DNA of 64,000 bases, taken from Psammoneis japonica (lineage: Eukaryota). How positions within the stretch are numbered: position 1 is the stretch's first letter; each line of letters starts with the position of its first letter. Position numbers and translations under genes: made by a program. Where the stretch lies: positions 79,778-143,777 of the forward strand of contig QPGO01000176.1 of NCBI GenBank assembly GCA_008632985.1, in the 5' to 3' direction. The notes under the pieces were generated by a model. That model worked only from the letters and a program-made list of their open reading frames with translations. It made no database searches and was not told where the DNA came from. This document shows, in pieces, positions 47,050 through 60,187 of this stretch.

Positions 47050-50000
47050 AAGAATGCACTGTGGTCCTTGACAAGCATTGCAATCTTGTCAAGCTGGAGG
47101 CTGAGCAGTGTGCATCTGAGCAGTGTGTAGATTGTGGCTCTGCAGCAATCAGAGCAGTGTGTAGATGGAAACTCAGCAGCAATGTCTCAGCCATGTGCAA
47201 CCTCACAGCACAGCCCCCCACTTGCACAGACCAACTCTGCAAAGCAGCGCCAGCTGATTGGAGCGCTCTGCAGAGCACCGCAGTGTCATTGAGTGCTCTG
47301 CAGCAGAGCATCACAGTGTCACTGAATGCTCTGCGCAGAGCATCGCAGTGTCGTTGGGTGCTCTGCAGAGCGCTGCAGCGTCATTGGATGCTGGGCAGAG
47401 CACTGCAGTCAGCTGGTGCTCTGCAGAGGTGCTCTGCAAAGTGGGGGTGTGTCCTCCCCGAGATGGCAAAGTTTGCAGTCTGCTTTCACTCACCAGTCGA
47501 AATGCGCCAATTTAAATGCTGCTGCTCCATTTTCTCTTGCCCGCGGGCCTTTTGCGGATGGAGGGGGCTGCTGTTCACGAAGAGGTTTTGTGATGTCATC
47601 TTTGTCAGCGCCTTCGGCTGCAAAGAATGTTGTTGCCAACTCAAGTGCACCACAGTCAAGCTGACTGAGCTTGTTTTCCCAACATTGCAGGCGGCTGCAT
47701 CTGAGCAGCGCAGGTTGCAGCTCTGCAGCAATCTGGGCATTGTGCAGATGGAAGCTCCACAGCGGTGTCTCAGCCGTGTGCAATCTTAGAGCACGCTTGC
47801 ACAGATCAACTCTGCAGAGCACCTCTGCAAAGCACCAGCTGATTGGAGCACTTTGCTGAGCACCACAATGTCGTTGAATGCTCTGCAGAGCACTGCAGTG
47901 TCATTGCATGCTTGGCAGAGCACTCCAATCAGCTGGTGCTCTGCAGAGGTGCTCTGCAGAGTGTGAGTGTGTCCTCCCTGAGATGGCAAAGTTTGCAGTC
48001 TGCTTTCACACACTGATTGAAGTGCGCCAATTTGAGTGGTGTCGGCTCAAATGTTGCTGCTCCTTTGCCTCTTGCTTCCACTTTTGACCTTTTTTTGGAA
48101 AGGGCTGTTCTGTGGCATGTCGTCTGGAAGGGATTGGCTTTGTCAGTGGCACAGGGGGCGCTGTTCACCAAGACAAGTGTCGCCAAAGAACTCAAAAACC
48201 AACATCAGGGTGGGCAAACAAAAAGCAGATTTTGGCCATTTTACGAGAAAAATCAGGTGGATGTTTTTCTCATCTCTGGCAGATTTCTGCAGGCAATCTC
48301 AGTGTGGTCTGTGCTTCACTCCATGAATGTTTGCGCGCACTTCAAAAACTGAGTGAGGCACTGCACCAACACAACAATCAACCAAGTGAAGCAATGGCCA
48401 ATGGCATGTCACAACAAACCAACGGCCATGCTGCATGCAGCATTCTCTCTCCATGCTGCACCCACCTGTGCTCGTGTGCAGTGCGCTGCAGCATGGTGCA
48501 TGTTGCGTCATTTGCTCTAGAAGACTGTGGCAGATGAATGCCGGAATTGAACAAAAGCACGGATCTTGGGATCTCACTCCATCATTGCAGGTGCTGTTTG
48601 TCCATGAGTTGATTCCCTCAGCAAGGAAAACAAAAGAAGCTGAGAGACACATCGCTGGTCACAATGATCATCCAACAAAACCAACACACAGATCTGCGCT
48701 GGTTTCTGCACTGGTGTGCACGGGACAATCTCATGTGTTTGTGCCAAAGAAGAAAAACAGAAAGAACATGAGCATCTTTGGCTTTTTGTCACCAAAGTTC
48801 TCTCCAAGGGTGTTGAAGATCCCAAGCGGAAGCCAGGGAACACTTGAGAACAGCAGTTGAGAGTTGCACAACTTGCCCAGCACAGCTGCACCAGACAAAG
48901 CTGTCAGCAAAGAGCATCCTCCTGACACAACCAGCCAACCAACTGCATGCTCTGGGCATTGAAAGTTTCCTGTGGAACCCAACAAGCACTTTGAGAACAG
49001 AGGGTGGGCGCTGAAGGACTCATCTGGTGCACTTGCACTCCCCAGTCACTTGATCCATGCCGCGGTGCATGAGTGCTGAAACCCCCAACCACACAATGAA
49101 AGAACACCCTGATGCAACCAACCATCCCAACAACTGCATGCTGAGGGCATTGAAGTTCTTTGAAGGCACCCAGGGAACACTTTGAGAAGGGTGGCAGAGT
49201 GTTGCGAGGCCCACCTGGCACACTGAAGATCCCAAGTGGAAGCCATGGAACAATTGAGAACAGCAGTTGAGAGTGGCACAACTTGCCCAGTGCAGCTGCG
49301 CCAGACAAAGCTGCCAGTGAAAGAGCATCCTCCCAATGCTGGTGTTCTGTTGCTGTTCTCAGACTCACTTGGTGTTGGCTGCAACAAGCGACTTGTGTTG
49401 TTTGTTGTGTGTTGTGTTTTGCATGATGTGTGTGGTTGTGGGATGACCCTGCACCAGGAACAAGCAGAGTTGCAGGGCTGACCTTTGGCGGAGGTCAGAA
49501 AAGAGCTTTCAAAAGTGCCCAACACAGCGTGGCATCAATTTTGCGTGGAAAGGTGCTTGTGCACTTTCCCTCAATGACCCCCGTGGGCACCACGTCTTGA
49601 GCTCTGACCCCTTGCACCATTGGCGCCACATGTGCACATGTGGAGCAAAAAAAAAGAAGACAGTGACCCTGCACGAAGGGCAGCATGCAGAGGATTTGAG
49701 CTGCACAATGGCCAGAGTTTTCAGTGGAGACGTTAAACTTTTGCCATTGGAGCAATTCAAAACCAATGGCATGCCTCTCCCTGCCTCTCCAACAATTCAA
49801 ACCAATTGTTTTTGAAATTTTCAAATCAACCCCAGGCTTGCGTGTGGATGAAACAGCTCAAAAAGCTCAAGCCAACCCGGATTTTCACCCTCGACTCTTT
49901 TCCAACTCAGCTGAAACAAAAAAAGAGTCCAACTCTTTTTTCACAAACCCAGAAGCATGAAAAAAAGAAAAGATTGATGTGGGCCTCATGCCTTCATGCA

Positions 50001-51150
50001 CCTCACACATGCATCTTGGTTTGCGCAGGACACCAGTGGGGCAGTCCAAAGTTTGCCTCACGCACCGCATCATCAAGCTGCCATGGTGGTCTGTGGTTGT
50101 TTTTGATGACTTCTTTCAATGTCATGACTGCAGAAGCAACACCAGCTGACAATTTGAAGCAGATGTGATGTGTCTCTTGAAGGAATTGGCAAAGCATGTG
50201 GCAGCTCTTCTGCAACAAACCTTTTGTTTTCAAACGATGTTGCCAGTCTTGATGTGTGCTGCAGAAAGTCAACACACAAGGTCCCTGAAGCAGATCTGTG
50301 TGACACAGAAATGACTGTGCAACCAGCTTAGATGTGGCTTGTTCAATGGCGCTGTTCTTGTGATGTTTGATTTTAGATTGGGGGCTTGAAATGGCCTGAG
50401 AAGTGCACAAAAAACTTTCCACTTGACAACCACTTGAGGTGGTGCGGGCACAAAATTGGGCCAGATTCCACGCACGCAGAGCTCAGTGTGTTTTCTGCAC
50501 AAATCGCCAAAGTCGGCTCACCAACTTGAACCCTCTCCCGGACGATGGAAACTTGGACATTTCACACAACAAAGTGTTTTGACTGCTCGGCTGCACTCCC
50601 CTCGACTTGTTTGTGGAGAGAAGTTGCAAGTTTTCACAGGTTTCTAAGGACATGCAACAAATCTGGTCAGAAAGGTGCCAAAATTGTAATGTTCAAGTTT
50701 GGAAGAGCCAGGCAAAAAGAGCAGGCAGGAATCCATGTGACATTGGGCCCGCAGAATTCTGCGTGAGAGCTCTGCAGCAAATCATCAGGCAACCAACAAC
50801 ATGTCAATGATGGCCAACAGAAAATGAGGCAATTTTGCTGATGCACAAACTCGTCTGTGATTCAAGCACATCATTTTCTGCTTGGCAGGTGCGCTCTTCA
50901 GACATTGAAGAATGTGCCTGGCCTGTTTGTGTTCCCATGATTTTGTTGAACAAAACATCTGGGGTTTTGCAAAACAGCGAGTCTGGAGCAATTTTTTGAA
51001 ATGTCACACGTGGAAATGCACAAAATTGCAAAACATGCGACGGATGACAAAAAACAATTGTGCCACATGTCAAGCTTCGGTGTGCATGGCTTCCTTCATG
51101 GTCATTTGGGTCATGCACAGGGTCCAAAGCGGGCTGAGACACAGGGTTGC
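47050..51150. repeat. TpA-depleted repeat block with internal minisatellite-like units (GCTCTGCAGAGCACTGCAGTGTCATTG) and duplications
   Basis: Repeated CTCTGCAGAG palindromes 47260-47960; 47380-47530 vs 47900-48060; 48815-48925 vs 49224-49335. Confidence 0.75.
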
Positions 51151-52200
51151 AGAGGATCATTCCTTCTCCTTCCTGCCAGGTCTGAGGTTGTTGTTCCCAT
51201 GACTCCGGCCATTGGCCGTCGCACCCTTCAACATCTGAAAGTTGGAGCAGCTGCACTTCTGCTTGACGATGGCAGGCCGCTTTGTGGTTTCTTCAGAGTT
51301 GCTGGCAGCGTTGTCCTGCTGGCCCTCAATGCAAGCAGCGGCGGCTGCAACCGCGCTGACAAGGGCCTTGATCTGCTTTGCGTTCTTGGCCATGGACGTT
51401 GTGTCTCAGCCACTGCAAGCATGGCATGGGGACTTGAGCTTCTCACGTGCTTTGGGGACATTTGCTTGTGCTCCTTGTCAGGGCAATGCTTGTCCTTGAC
51501 ATCTTTCTCATGAATGACATCATCACATTGGTGCTCAGCAGCCTTCAGGGCTGCAATGCAAAGCTTCTTGGTTTCGCCATCCAGCTTGGACTGCTTGATG
51601 AAGTCTTTGCACAAGACAGCACATCTGTCAAATTTGCTGCACAGCGCAGTGCTGGCCACAATCTGTGCTTTCAAGGAGTCAAGGGACATGCCCTTGATGC
51701 TCTCCAGAAGGCAGCACACATTGGAGCATTTGTCGATTCCGGCATGGCCGTGCTCCTTGAGGCTGTCAATGATGGAGTGCTGTTCAACGTGAACACGCAC
51801 TGGGTGCTCAAGTTCCAGTTCCAGCATTTGCAGTGATGGCAAAGACCTGCCAAGCACTTTTCAGCCACACTGGCCATGTCATCTGCATCATTCGGGCCCA
51901 AGAAATGGTTTTGCAAGTTCAGACAGGCTGTCCTGCTGTCCTGGTTGTGCTGAGCCTTCTTGCCCAACATGAATGTTCCTGCGTGATCGCAGCAATGATC
52001 TCCCAAATCTTGACGTCATCAGCGGCAAATGTTTCGGTGGGTTGCAGGTTGGCCCTGGTGGTGAAGTGGGGGGCATGGGCAATCATCTCGGAGCAGGCAT
52101 TGGTGTGGTTGTCGGCGTCATCGTCTGCCTCCAGTGTGCTCGTCATTTCTTTCTTCATCTGTCGCACGTCCGATGCCCAACTGAGCAGAACCGAAATGCT
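51150..52200 (-). mobile_element. Copia gag relic (same family as 28690-30000)
   Basis: PTETFAADDVKIWEII, NHFLGPNDADDMASVAEK, VRVHVEQHSIIDSLKEHGHAGID. Confidence 0.8.
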
Positions 52201-52259
52201 CCTCAGACGTGCGGCGTTGACTGTGCGGGCTTGGCATTCGGAAACTGCAAACAAGATGG

Positions 52260-55200
52260 GCTCGTCGCGGATGTGGCATTATGTCGACTGCCGTCTGTTG
52301 GACCAAAGGCGGACGCGACATGTTCACTGCTAAACGTGACAATGGCTTCAAGTTACGAGAAAGCTGGAGCCGAAACACTAGACGAAAAAGCCAGATGAGA
52401 CGACGTGCTGGCCTAAGAATTTGAACTCAGTGAACCTCGATAGGTGGGCTTCCCGGGCTCTTTGCTCGGAACGGGATTTCACTGCAGAAAAGGAAATGCG
52501 TTTTATTAGAGCTTAGAGTGTCTCGCTACCTAGCAAGGGTTGCCGGCGCGGGTACTCGCACCATGCCGAGTCTTGAACAAACTGTCGGCGCACAAAGAGC
52601 TGGCTGTTAGCAGCAGAAGGAGCACGCAATTCCGCCATGAGTGAAGCCTAAAAGTCTTGCAGACGAACACCAGACCTTGCCAACGTGACGTCGTTTCGGC
52701 TCCCAAACGATAAGAATTGAAGACTGTGCGTAGCGGCAGCCTTCTAATAAATGCCAGTCTTCCCCTGTGCCGATAATTCGGATCGTAGTGCCACTGAACA
52801 AGGCGGACCGTGGTCATGGCTAATTCCGAGTTCAGTAGGACATCGTGGGCCGAGTCCTTTGCACGGGTGAGAACAATAAGGGACGACAAGGTGCAGGCCA
52901 AGAGACCACCATCGCTTCGATCGCACTTGGACGCCACACTTCGGTCAACCGTTAAACTGTTAATCAACTTTGTAAACCGAGAAGACACATCCTGTAGGAG
53001 ACCCAATTGGGCATCCGCATCGACACAATCGAAAACAGCTTCGATTCTCGAAATGACAGCGCTATGAAGAAGGTTGTTGGTCGATCCAGTGGATTTGGAC
53101 AGCTTATTCACATCGCGTTCGCTTCCTCGTTTTGTCGGCTTTGATGGCGCCTCTTGGTCTTGAGAACCCTTTGATATAGAGTGGAAAACCTCCGCGAGAT
53201 CTGCCAGCGAGACAGCAGCGTCAAAACCAGAGCTCATTACAAACGGTACAACCTTTGTCAGAAACGACACCGCCGCATGCTGCAATTTGAGAGAGGTAGA
53301 CTGCGACGTCACAGCCGTGGTCGCCTCCAAAAGAGCGGAATCTTTAAGAATAGTTCCGCGGCACTTCTTGGAGAACAAAAGCTGTGAAAGGAACAAATAG
53401 CAGCAATCTCCAGACCGGGCTCGTCAACGACTACCTTCACTTCCCGTGCTTGCTTCTTCGTAGGCTCGTCAGGGCTTATGGCTTTCTCTTCCTCGGGTCC
53501 ACTGTCATCAATTTCGGAAGCTTCTTCATCCGTTTGCTAGTCTCCCGTATTGTCAATGAAGAGGATACGAATATCTTCTGTGTACTCGTCCATTAGCAAC
53601 TTGATCAGTTCAAATGAAGGGCCAACAAGGCTTGGTCTTTGCAAAGAGAAAGACACTGCTGAGGAGCACGAAATTCTTTCAGCAGGCACAACATGTAAGA
53701 GTCGTCCTCTAATGCTGGAGCTAGTACTGGGGAATCTTCCTTCTCGACAATGAATTCGTCCAGAAGCCGATGGCGAAGGAGCGGTCGGAAAATCGTGGCA
53801 TAGTCTTGCTTCTTCTTTGGCGACAAAGGAACAAAAGGCCCAGATTCATCGTCACCGAGAAGAGCGAGGAGATGGGCGCACAAGACCGCGGCAGCTTTTT
53901 CACGTTCAGCAGCCTCCACCTCACCAGCGTTTTCTCGCAAAAGCGCATTGTTCAAAAACAAATCACTCGAAGGTGACTCAATCGCACAGCAAAATACCGC
54001 ACACACGAAGAAAAGCGAATTCGCGGCGTCATGCGTGTCCTTGAATCCTGAGCACCTTTCGTCTACCTGGACAAGTTGCGGCACATAGAGCGGAGGGACT
54101 TTAAAGCTATGCATTTTCGTCTTTGTACCAACAAGGAGTATGGCACAGAGGGACCGGACAAAGGTTGCCTCGTTGGATACAGACTCGACAAACGCTTTGG
54201 CGGCTGGAGACTGCAAAACAAGCGGAGTGGCGAGGGAGCGCTCGATGTCAGACAACCCGGAATGGAGAATATCCGGTCGAAAAAAGGTAATATCGGCACT
54301 AGGGTCAGTTGGCTGTTCTGGACTATCTGTTGCGGCGTCTCCAACAGCTCCACAAACCGCCGCGACAGCTCCGCATTCCAAAAGGTGAGCTGCCCGCCTT
54401 CCGTCATCGCTACGGGAAATAACATGGAGCACCTCAATCGCTCGCAACATTACCTCCACTATCGTCGTCGTTCTTTCTGTGTGACGCAATGATATTGGCC
54501 AACGGCTCGGCGATTCCACATTGGGCAGCAGAAAGAGTCTGCGAAGGAAGTTGGATGATTCGTTGCACCGCTTTGAGTGCGGCCATAAGCGCTTTTCACG
54601 TTGACATTGATTTGCCAATCCCATCTCACCACTGTGGAGGTATGATAGTTGACAACAGACGGGAGGGCGTCCTTGGAAATGGAATTCCACAAGGAAGCAT
54701 TCTTGCTGAGAGCCTCGAGAGCACTAGTGCATTCCGACTTGAGCGACTCGTGAGTCTCAATCTATACTGGCGTTAGGATCCACCGGAAGCATAAGCACAT
54801 TGGTCGCAACCCGAATAGTTTCTCTCCGGACTAAAGGCCGTTGCCTTCTCCAGCGGCAATATGTGGACCATAGAATCGGATAACCACAAACGATGCCGAG
54901 AATTTGAACAAATCGCCATGTGTAGACAAAAGTAGGATGGGGCAGGTGAGCAACAATACTCTCTACGCTGTCCAGTGGAATCGATTAATGTAGATAAAAA
55001 CACACCCGTGAGAGAAACACGAAACAAGTCGTTGATAGGAGTTAGAATTCCACTCATGACAAGCTTGGCGTGTTCCTTCTCAGTTCTGTTCTGAGCTACT
55101 GCCAAAGCCAGACGCAAGGCAGCGGAGACAGATCTTTCTCAAAAGCCACCCACAAGAAGTGATAGTGGGCAACACAGCTTGTCGCTGTCTGGTTCCATAT

Positions 55201-56760
55201 ACGAGAACGTCACACGCAATGGAACAGGATTATTGTTCTCGCCTCTTTAAGTCTTCATTGTCTGTGGGAACATCATCCTGCAATAACCAGCATTTACATT
55301 TTAAAATATGAGAATTCCATCCAACCCTTCATTTCCAAATCAAACATTACAAAGCTACTCACAATTTTAACCAAAGATCCCTTTCCACTTCCCGGAGTCA
55401 CGGAAGAACCACAAAAACTGCCGGCCTCAAGCAAGGCAGCCTCCACCAAGTCCACAAGAGCCGCATAATGAGGACCCTTGTTACCAATCGCAAACTCAGT
55501 CTTGGCTTGAGCACACGCCGCCTGCAAAATCCACAGCGCCGTGTTGTTACGTCTCGTGGAGCATTGCGGGCCTGCTTTCCCTTGTTCTTGTAGGTATACG
55601 AGTCGGTATCGACCATTTGATAGAGTCTCGTCAAACCAATTCCCGTCTCGTCGATACGAGCAATCCAGACAAGGCACAGAGAATCCGACAACACGCGTCT
55701 CGCGCCTTCATGGCTCCTACCGACTTGTCTTGGGATTCAAAGTCCAGTGGAGAAGCCAAGATGCGTGACACGGTCGAGACGGCATCCGCGTCAATAGCTT
55801 CGAGCAATCGATCCAAGAGTTTGGTAGAGCGGTTCTTCCATTCATACACTATAATGGCAGCCGACATTTCCAACATGCCAGAGCAACGCACGGCACCATC
55901 ACCGCGCAAGGTGGACGGTGTCGCCGCACCGGCATCACTCGAAGCTGCCAGCATGGCGGAAACTGCATTCATGGATTGCAACGTCTCGATTCCTTCCGAG
56001 GAATATCCAAGGCATCGTCAACACTGACTTCATTCTCATCTTGTTGGGAAACCTCGACGCCAGTGTCTACACAACGGACGACTCGGTAAGATAGAAACGT
56101 GCACGCGCCGCTTGTTCTTGAACAAAGAGTGTTCTTCGATTGCTCTCACTCCGTTCCAAGAGTGCCAAAATGGCTTCCAACACGGGCTTGCCATCCGTCG
56201 TGTAAGCCAAGTTTGCAAACTCCGTATTCATGACAATGCTCCCCAACGCCAAGACTCGAAAATACCGATCCGATGTGCTGGCCAATTGCAAGTGCCTCGT
56301 AATGGCAGGTACCAATACATCGGGAGGAATGGTGATATGAGTTCGTCAGAAGCGAACCCAAATCCGACGAGAGCGAACACAGCGCCGCCTCGACATGTTT
56401 GGCCGTCGCCACTCCATTTTCGTCTTCTTCCTCGTTATTGTTGGGATCAAACAATTGAAGAGGAGTCAAGTACCGTCGCATGAAAAAGAAATTTCACTTG
56501 TCGATATCATTAAAACCCAAGTCACAGACCCGAACAGTCTTTTCAAACTCGGCACCCTCCAGAGGCGATTCGACACGATGCGACGAACACGAATCACAAA
56601 AGACATCTCCACACAAGCAGCAATGATGACGGCGTAGCGAGTACGGAAAGAGGACATTGCAATTGAGACACTTGGGATGCAAGTGATCCGGGACTTTCTT
56701 CACTTTGAAATTAAGCGTGGGGAGTGCGTCGGAAAAAGTCGTCATCGTGTGCGTGGGAAT
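52260..56760 (-). pseudogene. Large FYVE zinc-finger / helical-repeat protein gene, decayed
   Basis: KVPDHLHPKCLNCNVLFPYSLRRHHCCLCGDVFCDSCSSHR...VRVCD FYVE motif, followed by several broken Leu/Ala-rich ORFs on the same strand. Confidence 0.7.
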
Positions 56761-57094
56761 GACTGAAGTAGACTTGATGGTGTTCTTGTTGCCAGCTGTT
56801 TTGATAGGAAGCAGCAGATGATGACGTTGAATAGGATCGCTGTGGAGCGGGAGCCAAAGCTACAGCCGTGGGTTGGCAAGTACCGAAGACTGCGAGTGCT
56901 ACCTCTTTCTTTATTGTAACACCCCACACATCCCCATGCAGTGAAGCGAACAGACACCATAAGCACTTAGCACCTAGTGTCACCCCCAATAGCGTGACAA
57001 ACTAGCGCACAGTGGTATGACAAGTGGCAAGTCCTCTCCTTCAAGGTTTACCCCCAACGGCAGCGTCGGCGCATTCTAATAAAACGTTCGATGC

Positions 57095-58894
57095 TTACTC
57101 CCCCAACTCTCCGAGAGTATTACTTTCCGATACCAGAAAAAGTCTGGGCATGAGATCTACAATTCGTTCATAATCTCGTCGAAAGGCGCGAGCGTCATGG
57201 TTCACCAGGTGGATCCACCCAGCGTCAGTACGAATATCAACTGTGGGTGCGATATGATGTCCCAGATCCATAAAGTGTGGGTATATTTCTAATGCTGCAA
57301 CGCTCTCCATCCTTTCAATTTCATCCAAAGCCGCTTCATTCAAGCCCATCAATATTCCATCAGCATGATTGACCAAGTGAACAATGGCCCCATGGACTCG
57401 CGGCGAAGCCAAATCTGGCAGCGAGTCCCATTGGAGCCGAATTGGCGGAGGTTGACCTTCATCGAGTACGGCATCATCACTGACCTCATTGAAACTATTT
57501 TCTAGATAGGCAGAAAGAAGCATATCAAGAACATTGTAACCAATACAAAACATGGTAAGGGGCGCAAAGTCAGTATTGTGTTGACGGCAATTGACTTCGA
57601 CCAACCGCGGCTTCCCGGTGGAATCTACAATGACTTCGCAGTGAGTCATACCCCATCGGATCCCAAGAGCATCCAGAGTCTTTGCAATGTAATCGTACAC
57701 CGCTCTCCCAATTTCCGTGTCGGCATCCACCAATTCTGTTGCATGATAAACAAAGTGAGCTCCATTGGCACGGCGCTTGTCATACTGCCAGAGAGCTCCA
57801 ATCTTATGATGCCCATTTTTGCTAACAACATCAATGGCATATTCTGTGCCAGACGCAAACTCTTGGACCAAAACCGTATCGTGCTTTTCTCGAGGGGACC
57901 CGAAAACCGTGGAGCCATGAACCGTGTCGAATGCTGATTCTACCTCGTGGATATCACGACACAAGAACACATTGTCCGAAGCGACCCCTCGAACCGGCTT
58001 GACGACACAAATAGGCTTCCGTAGTGGCTGAGCAGTACTTGCTATTTTTTCCATTCCGAGTTTTCCGATTTTGTTTATGTCGTCACTTCCTCCGCGGTCA
58101 ACAGCAATCCCCTCAATGCGGATTCTGAGTTCATTAGCAAACTCGACTGCTTGTTCTCTACTACGACACAGCTTTTGCTGTACAACATCCAGTCCATACT
58201 CTCCCACTGCTTTATTCATGAGAAACTTGTCACGTCGTGCTTCATTGATGCCATTGGTATGGGTGACATTGAGCCGATCTCCCCAACGCTCGGCATCTGG
58301 CAGTCCCGAATCTGTTTCACATATAATACCAACAATTTCATCAAAAGGTAATTGGTCCATCCACTCTTTTGTTTTGTTGAGAGAAGGCAGTTGCTTCATG
58401 AGTTCCACATTGACTCGTTCTACTTCTTCCATGGGCGCCGACTCATCAAGCTCTTGCTTCCGAATTTGAAAGTAGCCTTTCATGTAATCGCTCAAGACGT
58501 AAGCAACACCAACGCCATACGCCTCTCTCGCCATTTTTGACAAGTACCCCGAGTGATAAATGGAAAAAACGTCCATTAAAATCAATCCCCTTTTTATATT
58601 TTTGTCGTGTTTATTCCAAACTGAGGGTAAATCACAGCACGGCGACAACTCCCCTTCTGAAGGACTTACTCGTGAATGATCTGTTTCTTTACCGCTCTTC
58701 TCGTTTTCCATGCCACCACCGCGAGCCAACAACGGTGACGAAGTAGGTTCATTCTTGTCGATCCTTCCACTTATCAATGCCGGAGGAACCGGGACAAAGG
58801 AAAGCGAATTCTTTGCTGCTACCACGCCAACATGCCGTGAAAGAAACAACATGAGGGAGACGGAGCTTAGGACGCATCGATTTCGCATCTTCAT
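57095..58894 (-). CDS. ATP-grasp domain protein (ligase-like) with N-terminal signal/bipartite targeting peptide
   Basis: Intact ORF; RDKFLMN, VVKPVRGVASDNVFLC, VLVQEFASGTEYAID, HCEVIV..PRLVEVNCR; start placed at MKMRNR. Confidence 0.85.
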   Translation of the reverse strand: MKMRNRCVLSSVSLMLFLSRHVGVVAAKNSLSFVPVPPALISGRIDKNEPTSSPLLARGGGMENEKSGKETDHSRVSPSEGELSPCCDLPSVWNKHDKNIKRGLILMDVFSIYHSGYLSKMAREAYGVGVAYVLSDYMKGYFQIRKQELDESAPMEEVERVNVELMKQLPSLNKTKEWMDQLPFDEIVGIICETDSGLPDAERWGDRLNVTHTNGINEARRDKFLMNKAVGEYGLDVVQQKLCRSREQAVEFANELRIRIEGIAVDRGGSDDINKIGKLGMEKIASTAQPLRKPICVVKPVRGVASDNVFLCRDIHEVESAFDTVHGSTVFGSPREKHDTVLVQEFASGTEYAIDVVSKNGHHKIGALWQYDKRRANGAHFVYHATELVDADTEIGRAVYDYIAKTLDALGIRWGMTHCEVIVDSTGKPRLVEVNCRQHNTDFAPLTMFCIGYNVLDMLLSAYLENSFNEVSDDAVLDEGQPPPIRLQWDSLPDLASPRVHGAIVHLVNHADGILMGLNEAALDEIERMESVAALEIYPHFMDLGHHIAPTVDIRTDAGWIHLVNHDARAFRRDYERIVDLMPRLFLVSESNTLGELGE

Positions 58895-59714
58895 CTTCGT
58901 CAAACAGATTGTTCTACTCTCTACTCTCTCTACTAGTAGAGTACAGAGAGAGCCTGTTCCTGCCCACCAAGCCAAAACCAGCAGTCAGCATTAGCATGTT
59001 GTTGTTCGGTACTTTTTTGTGGAGCTCGAAAAGCTCGTGTGTAATTGCCCCTGCCTGATGGGGTGAGAAAGCATACCATACTGTATTTTTTATTCGTGCA
59101 TGTTGATCTCAGTAATATTTATACGAATGTATTAAATTTATGTACAATTGTACACGAATGATAACGTATAACCACCCTATATATCAACGGGGCCGTTTGT
59201 ATGTACGACCCCTGCCATTATCGGTAGTCGTATGCGTTATCCGTTGTGAAAATATTAGCCCGTTATTGAAACTGTTACTTCTATCATGGCTACCAAAATT
59301 GATACAAAATTTTCATTATCACCTACATGTGATTCCAAATTTTATGGGGAGTCCCGGTGACGGTAGGGCCCTAAGTATTCGTCGAGTGCGCAACATTACA
59401 CGAACCAGCCAAAAATCCCGTGACCCTCTCACAATTTTACAATTTCATCAGCAAAATATTCTGATTCGAACTACCGGTAAACAGGTGAAAGGTAAGTAGC
59501 ATCAATTGTTATTGCATGTACTCATCATCAAAGTGACTGCGCCTTCCTGATGAGTGTCGAGTCGTCCACGAAGCTGTCATGTCGCAGTTTTCCATCGCTC
59601 CCGATATCTCTTTCGTTGCCACTGTTGGCCTTTCGTCCCCCCGTGCCTCCAACTTTGTTCTGCTTTGCCCGCATGCGCTGAAGCCTTCCTCGTGACTGTG
59701 GCGTTCCAAGGCGT

Positions 59715-60010
59715 CCTAGCTCCTTGTGTCCTTGGAGACGTCGGTTCATGCCATTGTGCACAGTGCAGCGAAATACTTGTCGAACCGGCAGTAGTCCGGG
59801 ATGAGAAAAAGATGTTTTTGGATGTTCGTATAGGTGGGCTCACCAGACTCCCATGTCGCACTTCCTGGAGAGTCTTACTATAGCTCCTTGTGTCGTTGGA
59901 GACGTCGTTCATGCCATTGTGCTCAGTGTTACGAAGTGCTTATCTTGCCGGCGGTGGTCCTGGATGAAAAGATACTTTTTGGATCTTCGAATAGGTCGAC
60001 TCACCAGATC
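59715..60010. repeat. Two diverged ~135 bp direct repeats upstream of the collagen-like gene
   Basis: TAGCTCCTTGTGTC.TTGGAGACGTCG.TTCATGCCATTGTGC...CTCACCAGA at ~59717 and ~59881. Confidence 0.8.
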
Positions 60011-60187
60011 GCGAGCCAAAAATGCGCGCTTCACCGTCCTCTGTCTGCGATGATTCGCGTTTTTTTTCTTCGACGCGAAAATCCATGATCACCATGATGT
60101 GTCCGTTTGTCCCTTAAATACTGAGCCCATGTTCATATCTGTCACTCACGCTTTCGTTACATGTTTGCCGCTCCCTACAGAATCAAC

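Noticed and set aside
5400..52250. Hundreds of short Cys/His/Gln-rich ORFs in all six frames suggesting zinc-finger or metallothionein-like genes
   Set aside because: By-product of TA loss (TAA/TAG stops erased) and TG/CA excess in repeat blocks; no coherent domains
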